A DNA stretch of 64,000 nt from Pseudohongiellaceae bacterium (GTDB taxonomy: Bacteria > Pseudomonadota > Gammaproteobacteria > Pseudomonadales > Pseudohongiellaceae): the NCBI GenBank assembly GCA_047617605.1, contig JBLGBJ010000008.1:17866-81865 (forward strand), given 5' to 3'. The position numbers and the translations under genes were made by a program. Below the pieces are notes generated by a model. The model saw only the letters and a list, made by a program, of their open reading frames with translations, was not told where the DNA came from and searched no databases. Numbering within the stretch: position 1 is the first letter of the stretch; each line of letters starts with the position of its first letter. Below are positions 9,195-19,223 of this stretch, piece after piece.

Positions 9195-10449
9195 TTTTAA
9201 TCTCTCCCGCGGGACTGATGCCCCAGCTTTGAACGCCGTGGTAATGATAAAAGCTGATTAAGCCGCGTTCGGCCAGCAGAGCATCTCGGCTGGGTTGAAT
9301 GTTGCCCGCACTGTCGGTGGCTCGGCTTTGTAAAACGGCGCTGCTTCCATTCCACTGCCAGGGAATGCTGAACCTGACTAGAGCTTTGTCCGCTTGCGGC
9401 GATTCGATTATAGCATCTGCCCAGCTGCGGCCGCCGTCTGCACTAACTTCGACTTTTTTGATGCTCCCAGCACCTGACCAGGCGATACCGGTGACTTTGT
9501 AGACGCCTTTTTGAGGGAGTGACATTTGTCCGGAAGGCGATGTTATAAGTGACTTGGCTCCCATCGGGAAGGTAAATTGTAAGCTTCGTCGATCCGCCAT
9601 GGTATCTGTGTACTTACTAGTCTCGTCTCTAAATTGGCTCGCCTGGCGAGTTAGCTTTAACTGAGTAAGCCATTTAACGCTGATGTTTCCTTCCCAACCC
9701 GGGACAAATAGGCGCATCGGATAGCCTTGCTCTGGCCGAATAGGTTCGCCATTCTGATAGAGGGCGATCAAAACATCATCAAGTGCTTTGTCCAGTGGTA
9801 TCGAGCGGCCCATGCTTGCGCCGTCGGCTCCGACGGCAGCAATCCATTTGGCCTGCGCTTTAATTCCGGCTTCATCAAGTAAGGTTGATAAGAGAATTCC
9901 TGTCCACTGCGCACATGAAACCAAGCCATGCATACTTTGCGCTGAGCCATCGACAGGAGTGTCGCCAAATAAAGTGCCACTGTTGCCTGAGCATTCTAGA
10001 AAATAGGTCTTGCTGACCATCGGGTATTTTAAAAGGTCTTCATACGAAAACACCAAGGGTTGATTAACCAGGCCATTGATAACCAGTTTATGCTGAGCCG
10101 GGTCGATGGCCGGTACGCCAGAATGATGGCGCTCAAAATGCAGGCTGTTCGGAGTAATCGTGCCTTGTAAATGTTGCAGCGGGGAACGCGATGCGCCGCC
10201 ACCAGGATAAAGAGGGTCTGGAGTTCCTGCCATTCTTTGTATCTGACCGGTAAAGGGTGAGGGACTGCCATAAGCGCTAGTTCCTGGTCCTGGCTGCTGT
10301 GACCACTGGGGAATCTTAAGTTTGAGCCCCGCATCTGCTGATAGCGCATTAGTGGCCAGCGCTGAGCCAAGCCCTCCTAATCCTACTTTAAGTAAATGAC
10401 GTCGGTTTATCAGGCCATTGCCGGCCACTCTATCCAATTTATCACTCAT
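9181..10449 (-). CDS. sulfite dehydrogenase / SoxC-SorA family molybdopterin subunit, Tat-exported
   Basis: Twin-arginine signal (INRRHLLKVGLGG). Sulfite-oxidase-type Moco domain (FLECSGNS with the conserved Cys) and a C-terminal dimerisation domain. The track ORF starts at a TTG at 10482; I prefer the ATG at 10449 (MSDKLDR...). Confidence 0.85.
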   Translation of the reverse strand: MSDKLDRVAGNGLINRRHLLKVGLGGLGSALATNALSADAGLKLKIPQWSQQPGPGTSAYGSPSPFTGQIQRMAGTPDPLYPGGGASRSPLQHLQGTITPNSLHFERHHSGVPAIDPAQHKLVINGLVNQPLVFSYEDLLKYPMVSKTYFLECSGNSGTLFGDTPVDGSAQSMHGLVSCAQWTGILLSTLLDEAGIKAQAKWIAAVGADGASMGRSIPLDKALDDVLIALYQNGEPIRPEQGYPMRLFVPGWEGNISVKWLTQLKLTRQASQFRDETSKYTDTMADRRSLQFTFPMGAKSLITSPSGQMSLPQKGVYKVTGIAWSGAGSIKKVEVSADGGRSWADAIIESPQADKALVRFSIPWQWNGSSAVLQSRATDSAGNIQPSRDALLAERGLISFYHYHGVQSWGISPAGEIKNVYA

Positions 10450-11184
10450 AAATTTGCCATTTTTGTTGAGTTGCTGATCCAATCACTATAATCGAGAACT
10501 GATGATAAGTGCACAATAGATATTATGGGTGATAGGTCAAGGTTCTTAGGGTGCCAAGAGAGTAAGGACAATGCAAATACTTATTCATAGGCTTTGGCTT
10601 ACATTTATTTTGGGGCTGGGAAGTGCCCTCGGGGGCATCGTCAATCAGTCCCCGCCACGTCCTAATTCAACGTAATTCGATGAACCAAACCATGAGGTTA
10701 ACTTTACTTAGCCAAGGATGCCTAAAGAGGCTCGAAATGAAAACAAAGTCGGTCATCATGAAATCAAGGGCTACGCTATCACGATCACTATTGCTGCTTA
10801 GCACGCCTCATTATGTATCTTTTGCAGCAAAATCAGTGGTCCCAATGCTTATCCGCTTTCCTGCGTCTTAGAAAATCAAGAAATACTCATTCTAAATATT
10901 GAACTGGCACCCAGCCAAGCTTCTGCGCACGTCGTTGTTTGCGTATTAGAGGACACCGTCGAAACGCAGTCGCGAGCTGCGCCGCTGAGTTATTAGGGCC
11001 AGGTGAGACGTTTTATGAAACACTCCAGGGGATTCATCAAGTGTCACGCAATGCTAGTGATAGCGGCCAGATTAAGTTTTTGCGGCATATATTAAAAACA
11101 GTAGAGCAGGGGATCAGCGTGCCGGTAGAGTCGCGGTTAACTGGTGTTTTTTTTCAATGCTGCCCCTTTGACTTTTTCTGATGC

Positions 11185-11343
11185 TTAGCGAGTTAGCACA
11201 TGCCAGATCACATAAAACCACGAAAAAAAGCCATGTAATATAGCCCATAGAACCGAGTGGTTTACACTCCAAGAAATAGTTATTGCAAGCGCGCTTCCAA
11301 AAGTGATGCCATATCTGGCTGCTTCTTTACTTGAACTAATTAT
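11185..11343 (-). CDS. possible small two-TM membrane protein with non-canonical (ATA/ATT) start
   Basis: Open frame IISSSKEAARYGITFGSALAITISWSVNHSVLWAILHGFFSWFYVIWHVLTR-stop. A strong AAGGAG (11351-11356) lies 7 nt upstream of the ATA at 11343. The frame has no ATG, GTG or TTG. Confidence 0.3.
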   Translation of the reverse strand: MISSSKEAARYGITFGSALAITISWSVNHSVLWAILHGFFSWFYVIWHVLTR

Positions 11344-11425
11344 GCTTTCTCTCCTTTTGACCGGTGACGTTGAAATTGTAATCCTTAAGGCCTGTTGCTT
11401 TGCCGCGTATTATTGAATTTATTGA

Positions 11426-12046
11426 CTATATGCCGTAAATATTCATAACTCGCTTAACTGCCTCTCTGCTTCGCATCCGCTTTTCAAAATCGCTGATGGT
11501 TGGATACTTGCAGAGCTCAACGCCATCACCTTTCAGCCACTGAGTGATTGTGAACAGGTAGGCATCGCAGATTGAATAATCATCTCCCAAAACCCACGGG
11601 CCGAGAAAAATTTCTGATTCAATTAATTCAAAGTAATCGCTCATGTTTTCGGCGACTTTATTTTGCATGGCTAGAATAGATGGATTATCGTCAGCCCATC
11701 TATTGCCTCTGACTCTGTGGGCGTGTGCTACGTGGACGGTGGAGCAGAGATAGAGATTGAATTCTTGGCATTTAGCGAACAGGTAGGGATTGTTAATGGG
11801 GGCTAAGTTGGCGGCAGGATTTGTTTGCGCGATGTAAGCAAGAATCGCAGGGGTCTCAGTGATGATTCCCTCATCCGTCGCTAAAGCGGGCACTCGCCCT
11901 TTTGGGTTGATCTGTAAATATTTATCACTACGTTGTTCGGTGGCAGCGAAATCGATTTCTCTTGCTTCATAAGAAGCGCCTGATTCTTCAAGCGCGAGGT
12001 GAGCTGCAATAGCTACGGACTTTTTAGCAAAGTAAAATATCATCAT
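11426..12046 (-). CDS. glutathione S-transferase
   Basis: 206 aa. The N-terminal thioredoxin-like GST domain (INPKGRVPAL, ITETPAIL) and C-terminal helical domain follow the pattern of bacterial GSTs. Confidence 0.85.
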   Translation of the reverse strand: MMIFYFAKKSVAIAAHLALEESGASYEAREIDFAATEQRSDKYLQINPKGRVPALATDEGIITETPAILAYIAQTNPAANLAPINNPYLFAKCQEFNLYLCSTVHVAHAHRVRGNRWADDNPSILAMQNKVAENMSDYFELIESEIFLGPWVLGDDYSICDAYLFTITQWLKGDGVELCKYPTISDFEKRMRSREAVKRVMNIYGI

Positions 12047-12189
12047 TATTATTTTTATCCCTCGTTGTATTCGTAGTTGTAAAAATTGTTGTAGCGATCA
12101 GTGTAGTCGCGGTTTTAAGAGCGATTGTAACTAGTTTTGTAATCGCCTCCTGGCGCCGATGGTCGAGAAAGCAACGCTGTAGCAACTAG

Positions 12190-13893
12190 TCAATGAGTAA
12201 CTATTTCGAATGTCATGGCTGCACTCCGACTCTGACCAAATTCATCTAAGCTATCAACTTGTATTAAATGTAGTCCTGAGCTCAGATCTTCTGGCAACTT
12301 GATTTCCCAGATATGAGAAGAGCGGCTGACGCCGCTGTAAGCGTTTTCCGTATCTTCATACTTTGACAGATTTTCAATAAAGGGGTCGGCTCGAACTACA
12401 TAACTCATAGCGGCTCTTTCGCCTTTGTCTATCGATGCCCAGACGCTATCGCGGGCGCCACCATCAAAAAGGTTAACGACAATTTTAGTGTTCAGCCGCA
12501 ATGAGCCTCGGTTAAGGGTGGCTGCGCTGGTCTGGGTTAAAGGAGGATCGAGCGTAATCCTGAGTCGCGCATTGGCGTCAGCGCCAAACGGGAAAGGGAT
12601 AAAGTCTGGGATGAGCGAGGTGTCACTGAATCTCAGTACGTAGAAACCATTGGGGTTGCCATCTTCCATTACCGAATCTTTTACACCGCGTGCATCTGTA
12701 AGACCGCTGGTCCAGCCGCTACCTCGCACTTCGGCGAGCGTATGTGCTATCCAAGTTTGACCCTGCCAGCCATGACTGTGATTGACTTCGACTTTCCAAC
12801 TATTGCTGGTGTCGTGTCCGGCAAGGCCGTAGATTTTTGAAAATGGTTTTAATATCTCAAGTAATCTTGAAAAGTTCTCGGTGCTAGGTCCACTATGGGG
12901 CTGAGATTGGCCATCGTCTGCTTCGCTAATTAATGGGATATGCGTCGCGATCACAATAAGCTTGTCCGATGATACAGTAGCTAAATCTTGCTCAAGCCAC
13001 TTAAGCTGATTCTCTGGAATGAACCCGCGGTAACCAGAATTACCAAATTGCTTGCCGGCGCCGGCATACTCGACATTATTCAGAGCAATGAAATGCACAT
13101 TGCCATGATTAAAGGAATAGTAGGTAGGGCCAAAATGGCTTTTATAAGTTTCATTAGCAAAAGTCCCGTTGGGAGATTTGAAATTAATGTCATGATTTCC
13201 AGGAAGATACCACTGGGGTATATCCATCAACCCCATCATTGCCTTGTGTCTGTTATATAGCGCTAAATTGTCATACACGACATCGCCTACAGTGATTCCA
13301 AAATCTACACCGTAGGGGTTTTGGATGAGAGGGTTTATTAGATCTTCACGGAGCATATCTTGGCTTAGTTCATATTTTGCCTGCGTGTCAGCAAACGCAT
13401 GGGCAGTGAATTCGTTGTCTGAACGTGCTCTTGCGATTAGGCCAAAGTTAATGAAACTTGGTAGTGGGCCTGTTGCTTCTATAACCGGCCACTCCCAGGC
13501 AACCGAGGTCCCTGCGATCTGAGTTGGCGTGCCGTCTGGATAGTGTTTATAGAAAAACTGAGGCACATTGTATTCGTCAACGGGGACATCATATTCAGCG
13601 GGTTTTGATATAAACAGTATTTGAGTCGGGTGTATGGCAATTTGGTAGTTACCGCCAGCGTCAGTTTGAACGACGTCACAGCCATTACTGACACTGACTC
13701 CGGCGATGCCGGCTTCTATTCTATCGCGGCGATTGTTGCTATTGGTTTCGATGTAAATGCTGCCACGAATTGTTTCGGCTGTTGCTGTTGAATAATCACA
13801 GTTGGCCCAACTGAAAGAGGCTACAGGTAGAAAAGCCAGAGAGAGTAAAAAGCGGGGCAGTTTAAGGTGGCTGGCGGTGACTGTTAATTTCAT
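12190..13893 (-). CDS. secreted calcineurin-like metallophosphoesterase with N-terminal CarboxypepD_reg-like domain
   Basis: 567 aa with a signal peptide. Metallophosphoesterase motifs FADTQ, GDVVYDN, PGNHD and ATHIP. The N-terminal beta-sandwich region contains QTDAGGNYQI. Confidence 0.85.
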   Translation of the reverse strand: MKLTVTASHLKLPRFLLSLAFLPVASFSWANCDYSTATAETIRGSIYIETNSNNRRDRIEAGIAGVSVSNGCDVVQTDAGGNYQIAIHPTQILFISKPAEYDVPVDEYNVPQFFYKHYPDGTPTQIAGTSVAWEWPVIEATGPLPSFINFGLIARARSDNEFTAHAFADTQAKYELSQDMLREDLINPLIQNPYGVDFGITVGDVVYDNLALYNRHKAMMGLMDIPQWYLPGNHDINFKSPNGTFANETYKSHFGPTYYSFNHGNVHFIALNNVEYAGAGKQFGNSGYRGFIPENQLKWLEQDLATVSSDKLIVIATHIPLISEADDGQSQPHSGPSTENFSRLLEILKPFSKIYGLAGHDTSNSWKVEVNHSHGWQGQTWIAHTLAEVRGSGWTSGLTDARGVKDSVMEDGNPNGFYVLRFSDTSLIPDFIPFPFGADANARLRITLDPPLTQTSAATLNRGSLRLNTKIVVNLFDGGARDSVWASIDKGERAAMSYVVRADPFIENLSKYEDTENAYSGVSRSSHIWEIKLPEDLSSGLHLIQVDSLDEFGQSRSAAMTFEIVTH

Positions 13894-14189
13894 GATTTAC
13901 TCTATAAGACAAGCGAAAAGATAGGGGCTGCAATAGTAATGTTAGGCTGTAGCAAGTTAACCTCAAGCCAAGCCTTTGGAAACACAAAGGGCTTTAAAGT
14001 GTCACTTGCGCGGCGATTCGTCAACTGAACAATTGAGGGTTCTTCAGCATTGTTGATCTGGATTAAATCGGCTGTAAGTCTTTTGCATAAGATGAGGCGG
14101 CAGGACAAGAAAGCTAGGCAAACGTAAGCTTGTGATAAACATAATAAGACTCTATGGTTTTATCATCCGGCTTAATCAGGAGGAATGTA

Positions 14190-14508
14190 ATGAAGCCAAG
14201 AATAAGCATGATCACGCTCGGTGTAGGTGACATAGAAAAATCTGTGGCGTTTTATCGTGATGGGCTTGGGTTTCCTCAGCTCGAAAGTCCGCCAGAGGTC
14301 GCCTTTTTTACTCTTAACGGGACGTGGCTCGGCCTTTATGGTCGTCAAGCCTTAGCCGACGATGCTTTAGTCCCTGGTCAAGCCACCTCAAAAAGTGTCT
14401 TGGGGCGGTTACTCAGGCTATTTTAAAGATCCTGATAGCCATCTCTGGGAATTGACATACAATCCCTTTGAATGGATTGGCCCGGCGGACGCGCCAGCCA
14501 TTTCTTGA
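14190..14508 (+). pseudogene. VOC/glyoxalase-family gene with internal deletion and frameshift
   Basis: AGGAGG SD precedes the ATG at 14190. The N-terminal part is MKPRISMITLGVGDIEKSVAFYRDGLGFP...ALVPG. The conserved C-terminal part (VKPPQKVSWGGYSGYFKDPDSHLWELTYNPFEW) is in a different frame and ends at the TGA 14506-14508. The total of 319 nt is not a multiple of 3. Confidence 0.7.
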
Positions 14509-14524
14509 TTATCAACACTAAACA

Positions 14525-16072
14525 GTGAGAACTCTATTGGAAGATTCTACACCTGTATTAATCGGCGCTGGGCAATTCACCGAACAAGGAGTTGCGCCTC
14601 AGCTTGCTCAGCCACCAATGGGTATTGCAGCGCTAGCGGCTAAGGCTGCGTTAGCAGACTCCGGCTGCGCAACAAAACTAGTCGCTCAGCTAGACACGAT
14701 TGCGGTTATTCGTATATTTCCCGATTCTTATAAAAACCCCCGTGTACCCAACCCTTTTGGGCGCGCCGAAAATCCACCGCGAGCTGTTGCCAGAAGAATC
14801 GGCGCAAATCCTGAGCGGGCTATCTACGGGCAGGTTGGGGGAAATACCCCACAGAAAATGATAAACGAGATGGCCGAGCGCATTAGTTCTGGAGAGGTGG
14901 GCATCGCTTTGCTTACCGGGTCTGAGGCGATCAATACGGCTCAACTTGCAACGCGCAGTGGCATCAATCTAGATTGGGTCGAGCAAGACGAAGGGACCTT
15001 GGAAGATCGCGGGCTTGGTGAGCCAATGTCTACCCAGCACGAGCAGGATCACGGTATAGCGGCGCCTATCTACGCGTATCCGTTGTTTGAAAATGCTATT
15101 AGAGGCAATCTGGGTCGCTCTATAGACACCCACATGCTGGAAATGGGAAAGTTGTTTGCACCATTTTCTCGTGTCGCTGCAAATAATGCCTTTTCATTTA
15201 AAGCGGCACAGCGAACAGCTGAGGAACTTGCTACAGTCACAGTCGAGAATCGTTTCATTGGTTTTCCTTACCCTAAATGGCTGAACGCGCGCGACAGCGT
15301 AAACCAAGGCGCAGCCGTGATTATGACGTCAGTAGCCAAAGCAAGAGAGTTAGGAGTCGACCCATCTAAATGGGTTTTCCTTCATGGTTGTGGGGAAGCT
15401 AACGACAAAATTATGCTTAGCCAGCGGGTAAATTATCATACCTCCCCAGCAATGAAACTGAACTCGGCGAAGGCGTTTGATATGGCGGGTAAGTCTATTG
15501 ATGAAATGGACTTCATAGATATTTATTCCTGCTTCCCTTCGGCAGTTGAGGTTGCCTGTGATGCTTTAAATCTGGCCACGAACGATGCCCGCGGCCTAAC
15601 GGTAACTGGAGGCCTGCCTTTTTTCGGTGGGCCCGGCAATAACTATTCAATGCATGCAATAGCGACGATGATTCCCATGTTAAGGGCCAACCCCGGTAAA
15701 TTCGGTTTAGTTTCCACAAATGGCGGTAGACTCACTAAACATTCAACAGGGATTTATTCAACGACGCCAACGCAAGGAAAGTGGGCTAGAGAGAACCCAG
15801 CCAATTATCAGCCTGCAATAGACGGTGCCACAAGTCCCAGTTTTACCGAAGAGCCAATTGGCCATGCGAAAATAGAAACTTACACAGTGGCCTGTGATCG
15901 AGCGGGGCCGATAGCAGGGATTGTAGTTGGGAGGTTAGACAATGGTACGCGCTTTCTTGCCAACACAAGTTCGGACCCAATCTTTTTGCAGCATTTTATG
16001 AGTCACGATCAACTTGAGACCACAGGGATTGTCGAGTCGGTAAATGGCAAAAACCTATTCAGATCAAATTGA
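14525..16072 (+). CDS. thiolase-like protein (acetyl-CoA acetyltransferase superfamily, long form)
   Basis: 515 aa with a GTG start. Thiolase-like N- and C-terminal halves (IDIYSCFP, GGLPFFGGPGNNYSMHA). The substrate is not inferable. Confidence 0.75.
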   Translation: MRTLLEDSTPVLIGAGQFTEQGVAPQLAQPPMGIAALAAKAALADSGCATKLVAQLDTIAVIRIFPDSYKNPRVPNPFGRAENPPRAVARRIGANPERAIYGQVGGNTPQKMINEMAERISSGEVGIALLTGSEAINTAQLATRSGINLDWVEQDEGTLEDRGLGEPMSTQHEQDHGIAAPIYAYPLFENAIRGNLGRSIDTHMLEMGKLFAPFSRVAANNAFSFKAAQRTAEELATVTVENRFIGFPYPKWLNARDSVNQGAAVIMTSVAKARELGVDPSKWVFLHGCGEANDKIMLSQRVNYHTSPAMKLNSAKAFDMAGKSIDEMDFIDIYSCFPSAVEVACDALNLATNDARGLTVTGGLPFFGGPGNNYSMHAIATMIPMLRANPGKFGLVSTNGGRLTKHSTGIYSTTPTQGKWARENPANYQPAIDGATSPSFTEEPIGHAKIETYTVACDRAGPIAGIVVGRLDNGTRFLANTSSDPIFLQHFMSHDQLETTGIVESVNGKNLFRSN

Positions 16073-16093
16073 TTCACCTAATAAATAACAAAA

Positions 16094-17071
16094 ATGAGAG
16101 CTAGAATGTCAAATCGAGATCAGAAAAGCCTGAAGTCAGGATTTGGAATGAAATCAGAACCATCCGAAGTTCTACATGGCAAAGATTTAAGCGGCAAAGT
16201 AGCTGTTGTTACGGGCGGTTATTCTGGAATCGGACTTGAAACAACTAGGGCGTTGGTTGCAGCGGGGGCCAAGGTCTATGTTCCTGTGCGTACCCCAAAA
16301 AAAGCCACGGAGGCCTTAGCTGGCATCAAAAGTGTGACGGTTGATGCTATGGACTTAGCAGATCTAAACACCGTAAAGCGCTATGCCGCCTCTGTTAAAG
16401 ATCGAGAGTCTCGGATAGATTTTCTTATAAACAATGCTGGCATTATGGCCTGCCCTGAAATGCGAGTTGGCAATAACTGGGAAGCGCAGTTTGCAGTTAA
16501 TCACCTAGGACATTTCGTTTTAACAATGCAGCTCCTACCATTGTTGCTAGCAGCAGGTAACGCTAGGGTTGTGTGTTTGTCATCAATTGGACATCGTCGC
16601 TCTGATGTTTTATGGGATGACATTAACTTCGAATCAACAGTTTATGAAAAGTGGACTGCCTATGCTCAAGCCAAAACAGCCAACGCGCTGTTCGCTAGAG
16701 GTTTAGACATTAAATACAGTGTTCAAGGTCTGAAAGCGCTTTCAGTGCATCCTGGCGGCATACTAACGCCTTTGCAGCGACATTTAGGCAATGAAGAGAT
16801 GCAGGCTCTTGGTTGGGTCGACGCAGATGGTAATCTCACTGAGCAGGCGGCAGCCAGATTTAAGAGCACAACCCAAGGTTCTAGCACTTCACTCTGGGCT
16901 GCAACCAGCGACTTATTCGATGGTGTTGGCGGGGTCTATTGTGAAGACTGTGACGTGGCCAATTTAGCTACCGACGAGTCTCCGCGAGGTGTTGATGTGG
17001 CACCTTGGGCTGCAAGCGATGAAGGGGCTGATCGACTTTGGGAAATTAGCGAAAAAATGTTGAGCAGCTAG
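16094..17071 (+). CDS. short-chain dehydrogenase/reductase (retinol dehydrogenase-like SDR)
   Basis: 325 aa. Rossmann TGGYSGIG, NNAG, and a YxxxK-type region (YAQAKTAN). Confidence 0.85.
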   Translation: MRARMSNRDQKSLKSGFGMKSEPSEVLHGKDLSGKVAVVTGGYSGIGLETTRALVAAGAKVYVPVRTPKKATEALAGIKSVTVDAMDLADLNTVKRYAASVKDRESRIDFLINNAGIMACPEMRVGNNWEAQFAVNHLGHFVLTMQLLPLLLAAGNARVVCLSSIGHRRSDVLWDDINFESTVYEKWTAYAQAKTANALFARGLDIKYSVQGLKALSVHPGGILTPLQRHLGNEEMQALGWVDADGNLTEQAAARFKSTTQGSSTSLWAATSDLFDGVGGVYCEDCDVANLATDESPRGVDVAPWAASDEGADRLWEISEKMLSS

Positions 17072-17147
17072 TTCAATCAAGCGAAGATCAAGCAGCTCTC
17101 AATTTTTATTTGGGTACGACCTTATTGATTCGCCGGAGGAAAGTATT

Positions 17148-18170
17148 ATGGCAGTTCCGAAAATAGCAATAAATGGTTTTGGCCGCATTGGTCGCACTAT
17201 CATGCGTGTGGCAAAAATGCGTGGACACTACGACGTGGTGGCAGTGAATGACTTGGCGAATGCAGATCAATTGGCCTATGCGTTTAAATACGACAGTATT
17301 CACGGCGTATATCCCGGTGAGGTGTCTGCAGATGGGGATCAAATAACTATAGATGGAGATCCATTTAAAGTGCTTTGTGAAAAGGATCCCGCTCGCCTGC
17401 CTTGGAAAGAGCTTGGGGTGGACTATGTTGTAGAAAGTTCTGGTGTGTTTAGGACATTACTCGATTTGAATAAACATTTGGATGCCGGTGCTAAGCGAGT
17501 TGTATTAACAGTACCCTGCAAAGACCCGCTGGATGCGACTTTGGTAACCGGCGTAAATGATCATGTAGTAACAAGTTCAGCGCAGATCATTAGTAATGCC
17601 AGCTGTACAACAAATTGTGCGGCACTGCTGGCAAAAGTTTTACACGAGAATTTCGGGATCAAAAGAGGACTGCTCACTACGGTTCATGCCTATACATCGG
17701 ATCAGCGGTTAATCGATTCTCCCCATAAAGATAAGCGAAGATCGCGCAATGCCGCTACCAACATTGTGCCTACATCAACCGGCGCTGCCCGCGCTATAGG
17801 GCTGGTGCTTCCAGAGTTAGCAGGCAAGTTGGACGGCTTGGCAATGCGGGTTCCTGTACCTGACGGTAGCTTGGTAGATATGACCGTTGAGTTAATCAAT
17901 CCTGTTACTGTCGAATCAGTGAATCTAGCTTTCGCTGAAGCGGCAGCGGGGCCTCTTAAGAATATTTTGGCTTACTCGACTGACGCGATCGTAAGTAGCG
18001 ATATTATCGGTGACTCTCATTCCAGTATTTTTGATTCTCTTCTTACCCAGGTGATGGATGAAACCATGGTAAAAGTAGTTAGCTGGTATGACAATGAGTG
18101 GGGCTATAGCACTCGGGTGGAGGAACTTATCGGTAGACTGGCAAGAATGGACGGGATGTCGGCTAAATAG
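17148..18170 (+). CDS. gap: type I glyceraldehyde-3-phosphate dehydrogenase
   Basis: 340 aa. INGFGRIGR NAD-binding start, catalytic SNASCTTNC, and WYDNEWGYS near the C-terminus. Confidence 0.9.
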   Translation: MAVPKIAINGFGRIGRTIMRVAKMRGHYDVVAVNDLANADQLAYAFKYDSIHGVYPGEVSADGDQITIDGDPFKVLCEKDPARLPWKELGVDYVVESSGVFRTLLDLNKHLDAGAKRVVLTVPCKDPLDATLVTGVNDHVVTSSAQIISNASCTTNCAALLAKVLHENFGIKRGLLTTVHAYTSDQRLIDSPHKDKRRSRNAATNIVPTSTGAARAIGLVLPELAGKLDGLAMRVPVPDGSLVDMTVELINPVTVESVNLAFAEAAAGPLKNILAYSTDAIVSSDIIGDSHSSIFDSLLTQVMDETMVKVVSWYDNEWGYSTRVEELIGRLARMDGMSAK

Positions 18171-18194
18171 CAAGATCAAACCTAGGAGCTCGAA

Positions 18195-18953
18195 ATGGAT
18201 TTCACAAATCAAAAAGTGTTGGTAACCGGCGGTAGCCGTGGAATTGGTCGAGCTGTATCACGGGCATTCGCTGAACGCGGCGCTCAGCTGGCGATTATTT
18301 ACAATAGTAATGTTGCTGCTGCTGAGGCGGTATTGAGCGAGCTACCGGGCGAGGGGCATATAGCTTTGCAGTGTGATATCGTTGATTCTGCACAAGTGGC
18401 TATAGCAGTTGAAAATGTGGCAGAGCAGTTAGGTGGTATTGATATTCTGGTAAATAATGCGGGCATCGGTATTTATCACCCAATCGAATCAACTTCTTAT
18501 GAGGATTGGCAAAAAGCGTGGCAGGATACAATCGCCACAAACCTAATTGGTCCCGCCAACCTTTGCTATTGTGTTGCTCATAAAATGATTGCAGCCGGGG
18601 GCGGCAGGATTGTCAATATCAGTTCTCGCGGTGCATTTAGAGGCGAGCCACTTAAGCCTGCATATGGTGCAAGTAAAGCGGCAATCAATTCGCTAACTCA
18701 GTCACTGGCAATTGATCTTGCCAAGCATCGTATTTTTGTAGGAGCTGTGGCGCCCGGTTTTGTAAACACCGATCTCACCGCTGCAAGGTTGGCAAGCTCA
18801 GAAGGTGACGAGATCAAGGCGCAGAGTCCATTTAATCGTGTGGCAGAGCCGGATGAAGTCGCCTATGCGGTCTTGTTTCTTGCATCCCAAGGGGCCGAGT
18901 TTTCTACCGGTACGATTATTGATGTGAACGGCGCGTCCCATATGCGCAGCTAG
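18195..18953 (+). CDS. SDR family oxidoreductase (FabG-like)
   Basis: 252 aa. TGGSRGIG, NNAG, and the catalytic YGASKAA motif. Confidence 0.85.
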   Translation: MDFTNQKVLVTGGSRGIGRAVSRAFAERGAQLAIIYNSNVAAAEAVLSELPGEGHIALQCDIVDSAQVAIAVENVAEQLGGIDILVNNAGIGIYHPIESTSYEDWQKAWQDTIATNLIGPANLCYCVAHKMIAAGGGRIVNISSRGAFRGEPLKPAYGASKAAINSLTQSLAIDLAKHRIFVGAVAPGFVNTDLTAARLASSEGDEIKAQSPFNRVAEPDEVAYAVLFLASQGAEFSTGTIIDVNGASHMRS

Positions 18954-19223
18954 TAATTCTATTTAAGGGCCGCTCTGTTGCAGGGGCACTTTATATTAGG
19001 AGCGTTCAATATTGGCTTGAGTTTTCCAATTATCTATATCAGATTTGTAACGCGCTAATAGTCTATTTGGATTTTTTTGACGCAGCTATTCTTTAGCTCT
19101 TGACCAGCTATTAGCCAATTATGAGCCAAAAAACGCTGCATCCGGTCATGAGAGGCGTAGCTTAGAATTAATGTGACAGCATAACTAACGATCCACGGGA
19201 ATCATCATCCCTCAGGAGAGCTA

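Noticed and set aside
10623-11181. Track ORFs 10623-10871 and 10939-11181 in the large gap
   Set aside because: They have no SD, no motifs and odd composition. Minus-strand frames here also lack starts. I treat the region as non-coding or decayed sequence.
12047-12189. TTGTAAC-TAGT-TTTGTAA and other TTGTA-rich repeats between the metallophosphoesterase and GST genes, considered as a Pho box
   Set aside because: The orientation is opposite to both flanking minus-strand genes. The position is downstream of the phosphoesterase gene rather than upstream. The match is weak.
13894-14010. Search for a Pho box upstream of the metallophosphoesterase gene
   Set aside because: Only loose matches were found (TTGCTAC-AGCC-TAACATT), which are not better than chance by eye.
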